From positions 137,967,114 through 138,008,257 of the forward strand of contig NC_068984.1 of NCBI RefSeq assembly GCF_001194135.2: a stretch of 41,144 bases of DNA, written 5' to 3'. The notes below the pieces were generated by a model. The model saw only the letters and a list, made by a program, of their open reading frames with translations, had not been told where the DNA came from and did no database searches. This stretch comes from Octopus bimaculoides (taxonomy: Eukaryota). Numbering within the stretch: position 1 is the stretch's first letter; each line of letters opens with the position of its first letter. The position numbers and the translations under genes were made by a program. This document shows positions 23,739-35,778 of the stretch, piece after piece.

Positions 23739-26299
23739 AATAGCCTCTGCTCTTTGGACTGGGTGAGGCAAAAGTTAATGCTACATCTCCTCAAGCCTTT
23801 CTGACCCACTTATTTCTCCTCTTATTTTCTTTGTTGTGTCCAACCACATCAGGACCCGTGCCAACCGTGGTGCTCAAACCTCGTTTCTCAGAGTGCCAGC
23901 CCTTTGAACTCCCAATTCCCCTTGCTGAATTCTTACTCGTAGATGATACTTTACAATGGTTTTAGAGAAACTTTAATAGCACTAATCACTTTGATCTAGG
24001 AGGGCTTGTGAAAACCACAGGCAGCTCCCTTCCTTCAGACCAAGAAAATAAGAAAAGTGCATGAAACTGCTTTGTATCGTTATTCTATCCAATATTTTAT
24101 CTTTCAGATTTATTTGTTACTATATTTTTTCCTTGCGAAGTCAGAATAAGTCTAAATAAAAACGATTATTTTTATAAGTCTTTTCTTTATTCGTGCTTAT
24201 TTTATACGTTTATTAATATTGACTATTATTGGATACGAGTGATTTCGTCTGTAATAACTACAGCGTTCACAAACTGAAAATTCGTTCCTCGCAATGTATG
24301 GATATAAAATGATCTTTATTGCCTGCTTTGTTTTCAGTAAAAATATTTATTCTCAAATGTATAATGCTGTCACAAACCAATCACCACTTGCAGCTTCATA
24401 ATGGAAGTCGACACCAATATTATGAATGACGACACGTAATTTGCATTGTATTCTGATGGCCTGACATGCAAAGAGGAAAAAAGACTTTTTTACAACGTGG
24501 CAGACGTATGACAGGCAATATTAACCTCTCTGAACTATGTGTTACTACGCATAAGGTAATGGGTGTTTTCTAAGGAATGTCTATATATATATTCAGTTTA
24601 CATAATTATGCACATATGGACTGCAAGATGTAACGAAGTATAAAAGTGCATAATTTTATTTCCTGATGTACGTTTATCAACAAATTTGAATCGGAAAAAA
24701 AAAACGCAGCAATTATTTTAGAATTGAAATTTAAAAGTTGATGCACGTTAATAATTAGTTCTGTTGATTATTATTATTTTTTTTCGATTGTTTTATCTTT
24801 GATTGTTATATCTTCGGAAATAAGTTTTTAGCTATTATAAGTGAAATCATTATTAATAAAAAAAATCTGTTTGAATATGTAATTAGCAAAACCTTTGTAG
24901 ACGTTCTGTGTGAATTTGTATGGCTTTGTTCATTAACAAAAATATTATGTCCACAAGTATCATAGTGAAGCGGAAAGGCGTGTTTGTATAACTACCTAAA
25001 GTTGAGCTGTGACAGGCACATCAAACTTACATGGCAAAGCTCTCAAACTACTATCCTCCGCCCGACTGATGGACTAAAGTCAACAAACCTTGACAAAGAA
25101 AAGTACTTCTATTGTTTCTGTTTACTGAAAATCACAAGTAAAAGTTTGTTATTATTCACGAAGATTTTGGTTCACAAGTACTACAGGATATCTAGGGAAG
25201 GCAAAAACAAAACCTCAAAGGACATTTTCATAATAAATGAAACTTTAAAAAAAAATTCTTGTGGGGACAAGGATAGAATTGAATAGTTTTCTAACGTCGT
25301 CTTCCTTAAATATACAATGTCTATATTATTTTACGGCAAATGAAAACAATGGCGCTTCTTAGCGAGGAATTGAATTTCACTACGAGTGTAAATAATAAGG
25401 AAGCTAAAAACTACAAGCTGCATTAAATTAACCCCCTCCATTTAGGCCAAATATGCTTTATAATACCTGAAGTGTCTAGAGATCAACGATAGACAATTTC
25501 TCCTATCTCATGTTAGTATGTGTGTGAGTCAGTGAGTTTGTGTTCATTAATGTAATGTCATATTATAATGAGGGTACAACATACGTAATTAATGGAAGTT
25601 CCTATAGCAACTGGTACCGTACATCAACGAGATAAAGGGAGGTAAGCTTGCAAAAGTCCTGAGAAAGCAAAAATCCTAAAAAAAAACTCTCTTGACCCCG
25701 AGACTGTCTTAAACTCCAAAAAAGTAATAATAACAAAAGAGTTGTTTATTCGGTGCCCTCATCAGAGGAAATTCACATTGAAAACATGAAATTCTCCGAC
25801 AAGGGAAAAGTAATCGTCCATATGTGGCCCCTTTTAGACGTAACTGGAACCGATCTAAGGGGATAACTCCGTCTTGCCCTAAAGTTTTGTCGACCAGTAG
25901 AATTTCATTTTGGAATTTTTTTGTTTACAACCCTAACTGATCAAGATGTATTCCTTCCACCTTTTGTGGAATGGTTATGTGCCTCCAACTAACAAGTATG
26001 ACGAGTCGCCTATACCGCTAGGAGCTTTGTAGGTGCGAAACCAATAGCTGATCTCTGACCGGCTATGACAAACAACCTTCTAAATATATATATATGCGCG
26101 CGCGCGCGTGTGTATGTGTGTGTGTGTGTGTGTGTGTGTACACACTTATAAATGTTTAGGCCTGTGTATTTGTGCGTAGACACTGCTCCAGACAAACATT
26201 CAATATATGGTTGGAAAACAATTTTAAGATGGCATAAATGCCTCATTGGCTGGACAAGTCCGTGCTTCATCAGCAAGTGAATAGTCTTCGGTTCTGAAA

Positions 26300-26667
26300 G
26301 GCGGCGAAATGGCAGAAACGTTAGCGCGCCGGGCGAAATGCTTAGCGTATTTCGTCTGCCGCTACGTTCTGAGTTCAAATTCCGCCGAGATCGACTTTGC
26401 TTTTCATCCTTTCGGGGTCGATTAAATAAGTACCAGTTACGCCCTGGGGCCGATATAATCGACTTAATCCGTTTGTCTATCCCTGTTTGTCCTAGCTGTG
26501 TGTAGCCCCTTGTGGGCAGTAAAGAAACAAGAAAGGTTAGCACGCCGGGCAAAATGCTTAGTGGTGTTTCCTCTGTCTTTACGTTCTGAGTTCAAATTCC
26601 ACCGAGGTCGACTTTGCCTTTCATCCTTTCGGGGTCAATAAATTAAGTACCAGTTGACTGCCCTCAC

Positions 26668-26715
<48 letters not shown>

Positions 26716-26750
26716 CAGGCCTTGTGCCTAGAGTAGAAAAAAATATTAAA
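26300..26750 (+). mobile_element. Two tandem SINE family 1 copies; the second is 5'-truncated and has an internal ~43-nt poly-A
   Basis: Head at 26300 with tail variant gtgtagccccttgtgggcagtaaag. The second unit starts gttagcacgccggg at about 26537 and has tail ccttgtgcctagagtagaaaa. Confidence 0.85.
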
Positions 26751-26799
26751 TAGGCGAATTGATCAAGGGAGACAATTCGGTAATTATTCTCGAACATGT

Positions 26800-27593
26800 T
26801 TAAAGAAAATAATGCTTTCAAATTTTGGCACAAAGCCAGCAATTTTTGACTGGAGGTGTTTAGTCGATGAGTCACTCTAGTATTTGATTGGTTGTTTATT
26901 ATACCGAAAGGATGAAAGGCAAAGTTTCCCACGGTGGGACATGGAGTCAGAACGAAATGCGTCTGTAGAAATAGGCTAAGCATTTTGTCCGAAGCGCTAT
27001 CGATTCTGCCAGCTCATTAAAGGAAATAATGGTTTCAAATTTTGGCACAAGGCCGGCAATTTTAAGGAAAGGTGGGTTTAGTCAATACTATCTACCCCAA
27101 TACTCAACTGGTACTTTATTTTATCAATCCCAAAAGGGTGAAAGGCAAAGACGATCTGGGCAAGATTTGAATTACTGGAAAATGCTTCCAAATTTTGGCA
27201 CAAGGCCAGCATTTTAGGTGGAGGGGGTTACTGGATTACATCAACCCCAGTACTTGACTGGTACTTTATAAATATGATAAAGTTGCACCAGGCGGAATTT
27301 GAACTCAGAACATAATGTATCGGATGAGATGTCAGATCGGTGCCTACTTTAAAGGAAACAACCCTTTCTTCTATAGGCACAAGGCCAGAAAGCTGGAGGG
27401 AGAGGTATAGTCGAATTACATCGATTCCAGTGTTGGACAGGTACTTATTTTATTAACCCCGAAAGGATGAAATATAAAACCGATCTCGGTGAAATTCGAA
27501 CTCAGAACGCAAACACAGACAAAATACTGTTAAGCATTTTGATCGACGCGCCGACGATTCTAGCAGTTCAGTGCCTTCCTTCAAGGAAATAAT
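26800..27593 (-). mobile_element. Head-to-tail array of about four diverged family 1 SINE units
   Basis: Repeated ggcacaaggcc/aagcc tail and gaaaggatgaaaggcaaag core; unit junctions share TTAAAGGAAATAAT-like sequence. Confidence 0.8.
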
Positions 27594-27734
27594 GAAAAAG
27601 AAAATAATATACTTTATTCTCATTACAATATTTTTTGTTGTTTCTCATTAATTACATTCGAAAATTTGTGAATTATCCTCTTCGCTCTATTTACCTGTTT
27701 TTTATTGTTGTATTAAGCATTTGGAATCATGCTT

Positions 27735-27900
27735 CTTGGCAGTTGAAACATTCGGCGTTCTTGGCCCCTGGACCATATCCCTGCTCACCGCTATCGGAGC
27801 GGACATTGGTGTCCGCAAGTGCTAGCTCGAGTGGCTGTTTAAGCGCATTTCTTTCGCCATCCTCCGGGCAACGGCCTTTCCATTTTGTACACTGGTGTCA
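27735..27900 (+). mobile_element. CRE-like non-LTR element, 3' end of the RLE domain
   Basis: VETFGVLGPWTISLLTAIG...EWLFKRISFAILR(GNA)FSIL resembles 'VET.G.WG......L.QR.S.A.QRGNA'. Confidence 0.55.
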
Positions 27901-28572
27901 TGGGAAACACTTCTATATTGTGAGAGTCAAGATTCTCCGTTTTTCCTTCCTTTTTATTGTGTGTCCCTTCCTGTCTCTCTTCCAGAAAATTTTAATTATT
28001 TTTATCAAATCTTATCTTATCCCGTCAAGTGGTTTGCTTATATCTCTACACCTTATGGAAATCGTTGTTTTTGAGTCTCTGAGGTTTTTGAGGTTTTGCT
28101 GTCCAAAGAAGTGCCCACGCTTGGAAACTCCGAGCAACAACATATACGGTGTAAGCAAATGAAATATTTATATCTACAAATATATATTGAGTATTATTTT
28201 TCCTATTCGTTATAATCAATGCTTGTTTGTGTGTGTATATTTTTCATCATTTATTTGTTTCACTTACTGCGCTGTTACCTTGCTGAGGTTATTGTTTTAA
28301 AATTGTTTTAAAATTCTAGTACCTATCCTAACAGTCTGTTTTGGCGAATTGCTAAGTTAAGCAAAGTAAGCAAACTAACAGCGGTTGTCAAACAGGAGTG
28401 ATGTTAAAAAAAGAACGCACGTGCCCACATATATATTGTGCGACGGGCTTCCAAACAGTTTCCATCTTGCAAATTCCCACATACGGTATTAGTCGGCCCG
28501 AGGTTATAGTAGAAGACACTTGCCCAAGTTACAAAACAGTGGGGCAAAACGAGCTGCTTAACTTCTTAACCA

Positions 28573-28612
<40 letters not shown>

Positions 28613-29342
28613 NNNNNNNNNNNNNNNNNNNNNNNNNNNNNNNNNNNNNNNNNNNNNNNNNNNNNNNNNNNNNNNNNNNNNNNNNNNNNNNNNNNNNNNN
28701 NNNNNNNNNNNNNNNNNNNNNNNNNNNNNNNNNNNNNNNNNNNNNNNNNNNNNNNNNNNNNNNNNNNNNNNNNNNNNNNNNNNNNNNNNNNNNNNNNNNN
28801 NNNNNNNNNNNNNNNNNNNNNNNNNNNNNNNNNNNNNNNNNNNNNNNNNNNNNNNNNNNNNNNNNNNNNNNNNNNNNNNNNNNNNNNNNNNNNNNNNNNN
28901 NNNNNNNNNNNNNNNNNNNNNNNNNNNNNNNNNNNNNNNNNNNNNNNNNNNNNNNNNNNNNNNNNNNNNNNNNNNNNNNNNNNNNNNNNNNNNNNNNNNN
29001 NNNNNNNNNNNNNNNNNNNNNNNNNNNNNNNNNNNNNNNNNNNNAAAACAGAAAAAAACTATGGAAAAGTATTTAGTCACCTGCTCTACCTGTTCATCAA
29101 GAATGGTTGTCCTCAACACGTTAAATATTTGAGAAAATCATTTTATACAGTGTTTTATATCAGAAAATCAATATTTACAAAAAATAGAAATCTTTAATAA
29201 AAAATATTTTTTGTTTTATAATTGAGAATAACAAAAATAGAATATGAATATATTACGAGTCAAATTATTACAGCACGCTTATGTACAAAATTGCATTTAT
29301 GTATAATGTTGTTGGAATGGAAGGCGAATCAAAGAAATTATC

Positions 29343-29644
29343 TCAAAGATGTGAAGAGAAGGCTTCATTATCGTAGCTTTTGTCGACAGGGATTACATTA
29401 ACTGTAATTTCGTGTTCAAGGTTTATTTTTGTTGCACAAGTAGGTGGCTTATAAACGCATTTCGCAATGACAAGAAACAGAACGGTAAATAAACGTACGA
29501 TGACAGTTAGCAAGAAGAAATTACGAGATAATGTTTCCTTTTGGTAAATCCAACAAGATGTGTCACCCTCAGAACAAGAATCTTTCCACACTTTACAAGC
29601 TTGGTCAATGGCGACTCCAAACAATATTGGACCTGGGAATGTAC
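29343..29644 (-). CDS. SLCO: SLCO gene B last coding exon (TM11-TM12, C-terminus, stop)
   Basis: Acceptor ttttcAG at 29646-29645, phase 1. (G)TFPGPILFGVAIDQACKVWKDSCSEGDTSCWIYQ...SYDNEAFSSHL*, with the OATP 'PGPILFG..ID..C..W...C....C' signature. Confidence 0.95.
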
Positions 29645-31992
29645 CTGAAAAGAATAATTTTAAATGCTGAAACAACATGGTACTTATAAAAAACAGTTTA
29701 AAAAATTATTATGAATCGAAAAGTAGGTTGCATACGCCGGTTAAAATCCTTAGAAGTATTTTGTCCGTCTTTATGTTCTTAGTTCAAATTCCGCTGAGGT
29801 AGACTTTACCTTTCATCCTTTCGGAAGTCGTTGAAATGAGTACCAGCTGAGCCCTAGGATCGATGTAAACGGCTAACCCTTCCCATAAGATGTTAGGCCT
29901 TATGTCTTACGTAGAAAAGATCGATGATATATTTATCTAAAAAGGTGAAGTAAATGAAACTGATGTAATTTTGAAGGATGCCGTCTATTTGTTCTATCGT
30001 TTCTGTTTTTGTTTTTTTGCTTTTCAAATTGAGTATGTTACTCCGTTAAGAATCGCAACCCGTGGTTTGTCGTTGATGTACATTACAAATTCATTCATAG
30101 GGCCTTCGTCGGTAGACTTTATGAATAGTAAGGTTTTGGCAAAAGTTATTGAAGAAGACTGGCAGTCCCCCAATTGCATACAAGTCTCCCTTCTCCCCGC
30201 CACCACTTGGGCCGACAGAACTAGGCACCAGTGTCTCGCAAGGATTATGGTCAGAATGCAAAGCGCCAGAGTAGATACTATAAGCTTTCTCACCCGACAC
30301 CCTAACAATATCACCATCAATCTTCCGCTTTGAAGTGGTACTTTTTTATCGATTCCGAAATGATGAAAGGCAAAACTAATATTAACAGGATTTGAACTCA
30401 AACCGCAGAGACCGGAATAAATACCACGAAGCATTCTATGTATCATGAGATTTACATTTAAGTCATGTTATACGCTTTCCTTTCTCGATTTTTTCTTTAT
30501 TTTTGTTATCGTATACTGCAAATTTTTTTTTTTTTACATAAAGTAACAGTTTGAATTTATAGCAATGGATAAATTAACTCTCGTCTTCACGCACTGCCTG
30601 TGATGTATATTGCATGTGATACACAAAACATATATCCCTGGCGTCAACGCATCCTATAGGATACATATTTCCTTTCTATTTTTTATAGAACCATAGTCAC
30701 TTGGGATTTATGAGAGGAAAGCTTTAGATTACACTGAACATACAACACAAGGGATAACTAAATGCTGGAAAACAAGCATGGACGTTTCGAACAAACTTAT
30801 GAAAATGCTTTGGAACGGAAAAGGAATATTAAATATTTGTAATAAAACTAAAGTAAAATAGAAACAAATCTGGAGTAAAGATGTTTGCCAACATAACATG
30901 GCTGTCCTGGTTTAGGACAAATGTTGCTGTAATTTAGCCCCACGAGACATCGTCTCCAGCTGGCTATACGACACGATCTGTGTCCTTATATTTTCGAACA
31001 AGGGAATCTAGCACACCCACTCAGCTCAAAACAATATCTGTGTATCGCGATTTCCGGGTTATTTCCCTTCATCAGCACAGATGAATATCTCTCATTGTGA
31101 GATTTAAAAATAGTAATTTTCTAAGAAACAAATGTTTAACATTGAGTTCACATACTACGTTTTAATTTCAAGAATTTCTAAAATCAGCCAAGCGCAGGAT
31201 GAGAATCTGGTAGTGTAAAATACGTCTTGGAGCTGTGAACATTTTACTCTCTTCTAGATACAAAGCTAATTCTAGTAGATGAGCGATTCAGAAGATAGAT
31301 CAATAGCCATCTTGTTATTGCTTAACCCAGGTCAGATATGATCATGATCAAAAATTTTCGAATAGTAACTAAGCTGTCGTACATCTAAGGCTACAAGATT
31401 AAATGCGTCTTTTCTTCAAGACATTTAAATGTGTTTTGAGGGCAATGAAATGTGCTGCTCTCTCTCTCTCTCTCTCTCTTTCTCGAAAATCACTCGTTGG
31501 CTTGATATCCATATATTGCATTCACTCAAGTGTGATGAAAAGAACAACCAAATTAGTCTTTGGCAAAACTTGAAAGCGAAAACAGAAAAACTATGGAAAT
31601 GTATTTAGTCACCTGCTCTACCTTTTCACCAAGAATGGTTGTATCGAGGAGAGCTATCAAGAAAGCCAACTAAAAATATAATGTGTCGAAAAAATACTGC
31701 CATTTATTTTTTTCAACGATCCATCGATTCTTCGAGCACACCAACTTAATGATTCAAATTATGGTACAAGAGCAGCAGTTATGATGGGAAGAGTTATAGC
31801 AATTACATCGACTTTAGTTCATGGCTGGTACTTTATTTTGTCCACCCAGAAAGAATGAAAAGCAAACTTACCTTTAAAACGTCCTGACTCTTGCCGTAAA
31901 CAAATCGGCTGTAGAACGGAAGAGTTGACGTAGCGCAGGTCTTATTGCTACGCCTGTAGAGAACTGTAAGTGACTGATAATAGTCTAAATGG

Positions 31993-32368
31993 CACTCCGT
32001 CGCTTACGACGTCGAGGGTTCCAGTTGATCCGATCAACGGAACAGCCTGCTCGTGAAATTAACGTGCAAGTGGCTGAGCACTCCACAGACACGTGTACCC
32101 TTAACGTAGTTCTCGGGGATATTCAGCGTGACACAGAGTGTGACAAGGCTGACCCTTTGAATTACAGGCGCAACACAAACAGGAAGTAAGAGTGAGAGAA
32201 AGTTTGTGGTGAAAGAGTACAGCGGGGTTCGCCACCATCCCCTGCCGGAGCCGCGTGGAGCTTTAAGTGTTTTCGCTCAATAAACACTCACAACGCCCGG
32301 TCTGGGAATCGAAACTGCGATCTATGACCGCGAATCCGCTGCCCTAACCACTGGGCCATTGCGCCTCC
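31993..32368 (-). mobile_element. SINE family 2 head with a different 3' module (tail Y) and a TSD
   Basis: Direct repeat agtctaaatgg at 31982-31992 and 32369-32379. Tail Y (ggcactccgtcgcttacga..cccttaacgtagttctcg on +) recurs at 39064-39190. Confidence 0.88.
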
Positions 32369-32745
32369 AGTCTAAATGGAAGCACCCTAAATTGCTCAAA
32401 CTGGTGCTTTATCAAAGTGATGAGCTGGAGGTGGAGGAGGTGACGAATTTCTTAGCCATTTAGAAAGCCTATAGATTCCATTGCTTTAGCACATGCCAGT
32501 GCATCATCGATCACAGCAGATCGAGCACTCAATACAGAGTGTTCCTTCAGATGGAGCGTCTGTCTTCCAGAAAATGTAAGAGTATACATTCCTATCAGAT
32601 CAGATGAAAACTTGAGTCAGTAACGCTAGAGAGGTGATAAGGATTTCCTTATTTGCAAGAATAAATATTTGTTTTTGATAAGCAGGGAAAATCTATTGAG
32701 ATTGAATAACAAATATACAAGTTGAAATTGAAAAGATGCTTTTAC

Positions 32746-32810
32746 CAGTTATGCGTCCAATTGCACTGCTTATTCCTAATCCATACGACCGATGATCATC
32801 TGGAATACAT
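32746..32810 (-). CDS. SLCO: SLCO gene B 65-nt exon (TM11 start); absent from the ORF track
   Basis: Acceptor acttgtAG at 32812-32811, donor GTAAAA at 32745; phase 2 to phase 1. (R)CIPDDHRSYGLGISSAIGRIT(G), matching OATP 'RCV...RSFALG....RLLG'. Confidence 0.92.
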
Positions 32811-33010
32811 CTACAAGTAAATGGATATTTTGTTTTATATGTATGTGTATATGTATGAGAGGTATTGGTATCTAGAAGACCTAAAGAGTGGGAAGTAACG
32901 CAAAGTAAGTTCTATGGTCAGGCCATAGTTAAACTCGTGGTTCGATAGTGATATGAGTGAGGAGTCTAATGTGGCTCTTGTATTAGCATATATATATATT
33001 AGACAAAATG

Positions 33011-33302
33011 AGATAACAAAGCCAGGACTGCGAGGAGTTTTCGGGACATTTATAAGGAAATAGATATAGATATAGGAGAATTCACGAAAAAACGACATAC
33101 AAAGACAGGTGGTGTAAACAACAAATGGATGTATTAGTTTAACGCTCGAGAATAGAGAAAGTCTTTAACGTTTCGAACCTACGCTCTTCAACGGAAAAGA
33201 ATACAGAAAGAAACAAGGAGAGAAGAAAATATAGATATAATCTTACAACTATTTTCCTTATAAATGTCCTGAAAACTCCTCACAGCCTTGGCTTTGTTAT
33301 CT
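33011..33302. repeat. ~53-bp inverted repeat pair (33011-33063 and 33249-33302) around a 185-bp core
   Basis: agataacaaagccaggactgcgaggagttttcgggacatttataaggaaatag versus the reverse complement of ctattttccttataaatgtcctgaaaactcctcacagccttggctttgttatct. Confidence 0.85.
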
Positions 33303-33399
33303 AATATTACACACAAACACACACACAGTGTTCGGGTTAAATTTGACAATTTTATGTATTCTCTTTTTCGAGAACAGTTTGATGTATTGGCAAACAGTC

Positions 33400-33970
33400 A
33401 GCGGCGTTGCAGAGCATAAAGGTTTAAAGTTGTAGTTGAGAAAAAGTCAGCTGACACAGTCGATGAGAAGCTGCCTGAATGTTGTAAAAGAATCGCACAG
33501 GGTATCAAAATGCTCAATGCACTGTGAAAAATGTAAAGGCTGTAAGACGTGACAGGGGCATCATGAAAACCAAGTTCCTTCAAGCTGTGATGATCTTCGA
33601 GTGTGTCTCCAGTGAGTACGACGTCCCGCCAGCCCACATATTTGTACAGGGCCTTAAGCTCAATTCAACGGCTACTATGTGAAGCTGATGGAGAGTGATC
33701 AAATCCTGACCATACAAGTTTGCTGCTGGAAGGCCATATGTGTGGCAGCTGGATTTGGCTCCTTGCCATACTTCCGGAAAGAATTTCCAAGAAATACTCC
33801 AATTGGAATGAATGCAACCTTTATAAGAACACCACAAGCTACAGCATCTTGACTGTCTCTTGAAGTGCCATGCAGCAACTCTAATTTTCCAGCTTCTGAG
33901 ATTATATAGCGCAGGACATATTTAATGGTCAACTTTATCATGATCTTTGTAAAGTCAACATATACCACAA
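33400..33970 (-). mobile_element. Decayed CR1/L2-group LINE C-terminal region
   Basis: FIPIGVFLGNSF resembles SF.P....LWN.LP; CPC......EHFDTLCDSFTTFRQLL resembles the terminal C-C-H-C knuckle. Many stop codons. Confidence 0.4.
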
Positions 33971-34751
33971 TCATAAGAGTAGATATGTGAAGCTGTGACA
34001 GAAAGGATACAAACCTAACACCAGTTCAAATAGGTCTGAGAAATATTTGAACCCATAAAGCATTGATTCTTCACTGAAGCTACTAGGGATGCATGTGTCC
34101 CTTGACAGTCTTCCCTCTATAAATATAAATTTTCTTCAACTGACTTGTGTTTTACGTTTTTGGTGCGGCCCCTTAATAGACATTATTGATAGCACGAAAG
34201 AAAAACTTGTTAAAATTTTAATTGTTTTATAAAACTTGTTAGGGATATTTTGAGTAGTTGTGAATTAAAAAAAAAAATTAACCATGTTAAATCCTAATTC
34301 TGGCGGTTATGCATAACCAATAACTGAAAGTATTTTCATACCTGTTTTCATTGGATTCACTGTTAATACATAAAGCGCTGGGATTTGCACTTACATAGCA
34401 TGGACTGCTGAACACATTTTATGAAAATGAGACTACCATGCACACATAAAAAAACAAAAAATAGTTAAAATATCTTCTTAGTATATAATGGTGGCAAGTT
34501 TTACATCATCTGAAAAGTCATTAGTTGAACTATTAGTCCTCTTGCATTCTGGGAGGTATCAGAGAGTTTGAGTGACATTAGACCCCAACAAATGCCCATA
34601 AATTAAATGCATCTATCTGGGCCACGATCGTGGCCTGTCAAACTGTGATTCATGGCCACAATTGTGGCCGATCACGCCTTGTGTGTTAAGCTATAAGTAT
34701 TAAAGATTACTTTAGATATTTCATGAAAATATGGTTATTAAGACAATTTAC

Positions 34752-34918
34752 CTTAGAAGGATAGAAACCATTGGCGTCTGGGCTATAAAGGTTAACAGTA
34801 TCAACAGGAAGATAATCGTAACAGTCAAATAATAATTAGTGCATCTGTTTTCAGGACACCTTCCTTCTGATGCTGTATTCATTTTTAAGTTAGTAACACA
34901 GGAGCAATTGAAATATGT
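34752..34918 (-). CDS. SLCO: SLCO gene B exon (end of ECL5 and TM10); absent from the ORF track
   Basis: Found by manual reading: acceptor tttttatAG at 34920-34919, donor GTAAAT at 34751; 167 nt, phase 0 to phase 2. TYFNCSCVTNLKMNTASEGRCPENRCTNYYLTVTIIFLLILLTFIAQTPMVSILL(R). Confidence 0.92.
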
Positions 34919-35439
34919 CTATAAAAATAAATGAAGTTTGTTTTAAACATTTATACATACTTATGAACATGTTTGAGCACTAATAAATTTAAATAGAAAT
35001 GCAATCATATATTAATTTAAAGAGTGAGATAAGGATAACAAGAAAAAGTTTGTTGGTAAGTTATTACTATATCTGTACTCTGGGTTCAAGTCCTGCTTAG
35101 GTTAGCTTTGCCTTGTATCCTCTTACAGTTGACATAAAATACTAGTATACAGATCAGCAGGCTAGCAGAATTCTAACGGTGTAAGATGAAAGACTTTGCA
35201 GTATAAGTTCTGAATTTTTTCACACTTTTTTCTTGGGTGATAAACTTAAATCATAACCAAGTTCAGCAGCGCCACCACCTAGTCATAAAGTGACCTTTAA
35301 TGAAATTAACTATTCTGCAAGAATTTAGGTTGGGTATTTGGTTTGAGGATAGTATCCACTCCTACAAACTTCTAAGATAAATGGTCATGGCTGCTTCATT
35401 TACTTCTCAAAATGATAAAAAAAAATTCCCCAAAATATA

Positions 35440-35778
35440 AGCACCATTCATGCATGGGTCATTGCCAGAGCTGCCTGACTGGCTCCCCATGCTGGTGGCA
35501 TGTAAAAAGCACATCTTAACGTGGTCAAATCCAGCCCTATCACCCCGACTGGCTCCTGTGCTGGTGTGCCACCTGACTGGCTCCCATGCTGGTGGCATGT
35601 AAAAAACATCCACTACACTCTCAGAGTGGTTGGCATTAGGAAAGGCATGCGACTGTAGACACATTACCAGATCAGATTGGAGCCTGGTGCGGCCCCCTGA
35701 CTTGCCAGTCCCCAGTCAAACCGTCCAACCCATGCCAGCATGGAAAATGGACATTAAACGATTATGATGATGCTGATA
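35440..35778 (+). mobile_element. Retroposon 3' end with internal tandem duplications and a (GAT)n tail
   Basis: ctgactggctccc.atgctggtggcatgtaaaaa occurs twice plus a partial copy; ends ccaacccatgccagcatggaaaatggacattaaacgattatgatgatg. Resembles RTE-type LINE/SINE tails from recall. Confidence 0.65.

Noticed and set aside
25745-25770. Minus-strand CTGATGA-GGGCACC-GAAT as a hammerhead
   Set aside because: Stem II is only 2 bp, GAAT replaces GAAA, and no stem I or III support was found.
26800-27593. CRISPR-like repeat-spacer array
   Set aside because: The 'spacers' are homologous SINE bodies, the context is eukaryotic, and no cas genes are present.
29346-29354. C-terminal SHL as a peroxisomal PTS1
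   Set aside because: PTS1 serves soluble matrix proteins; a 12-TM transporter would not use it.
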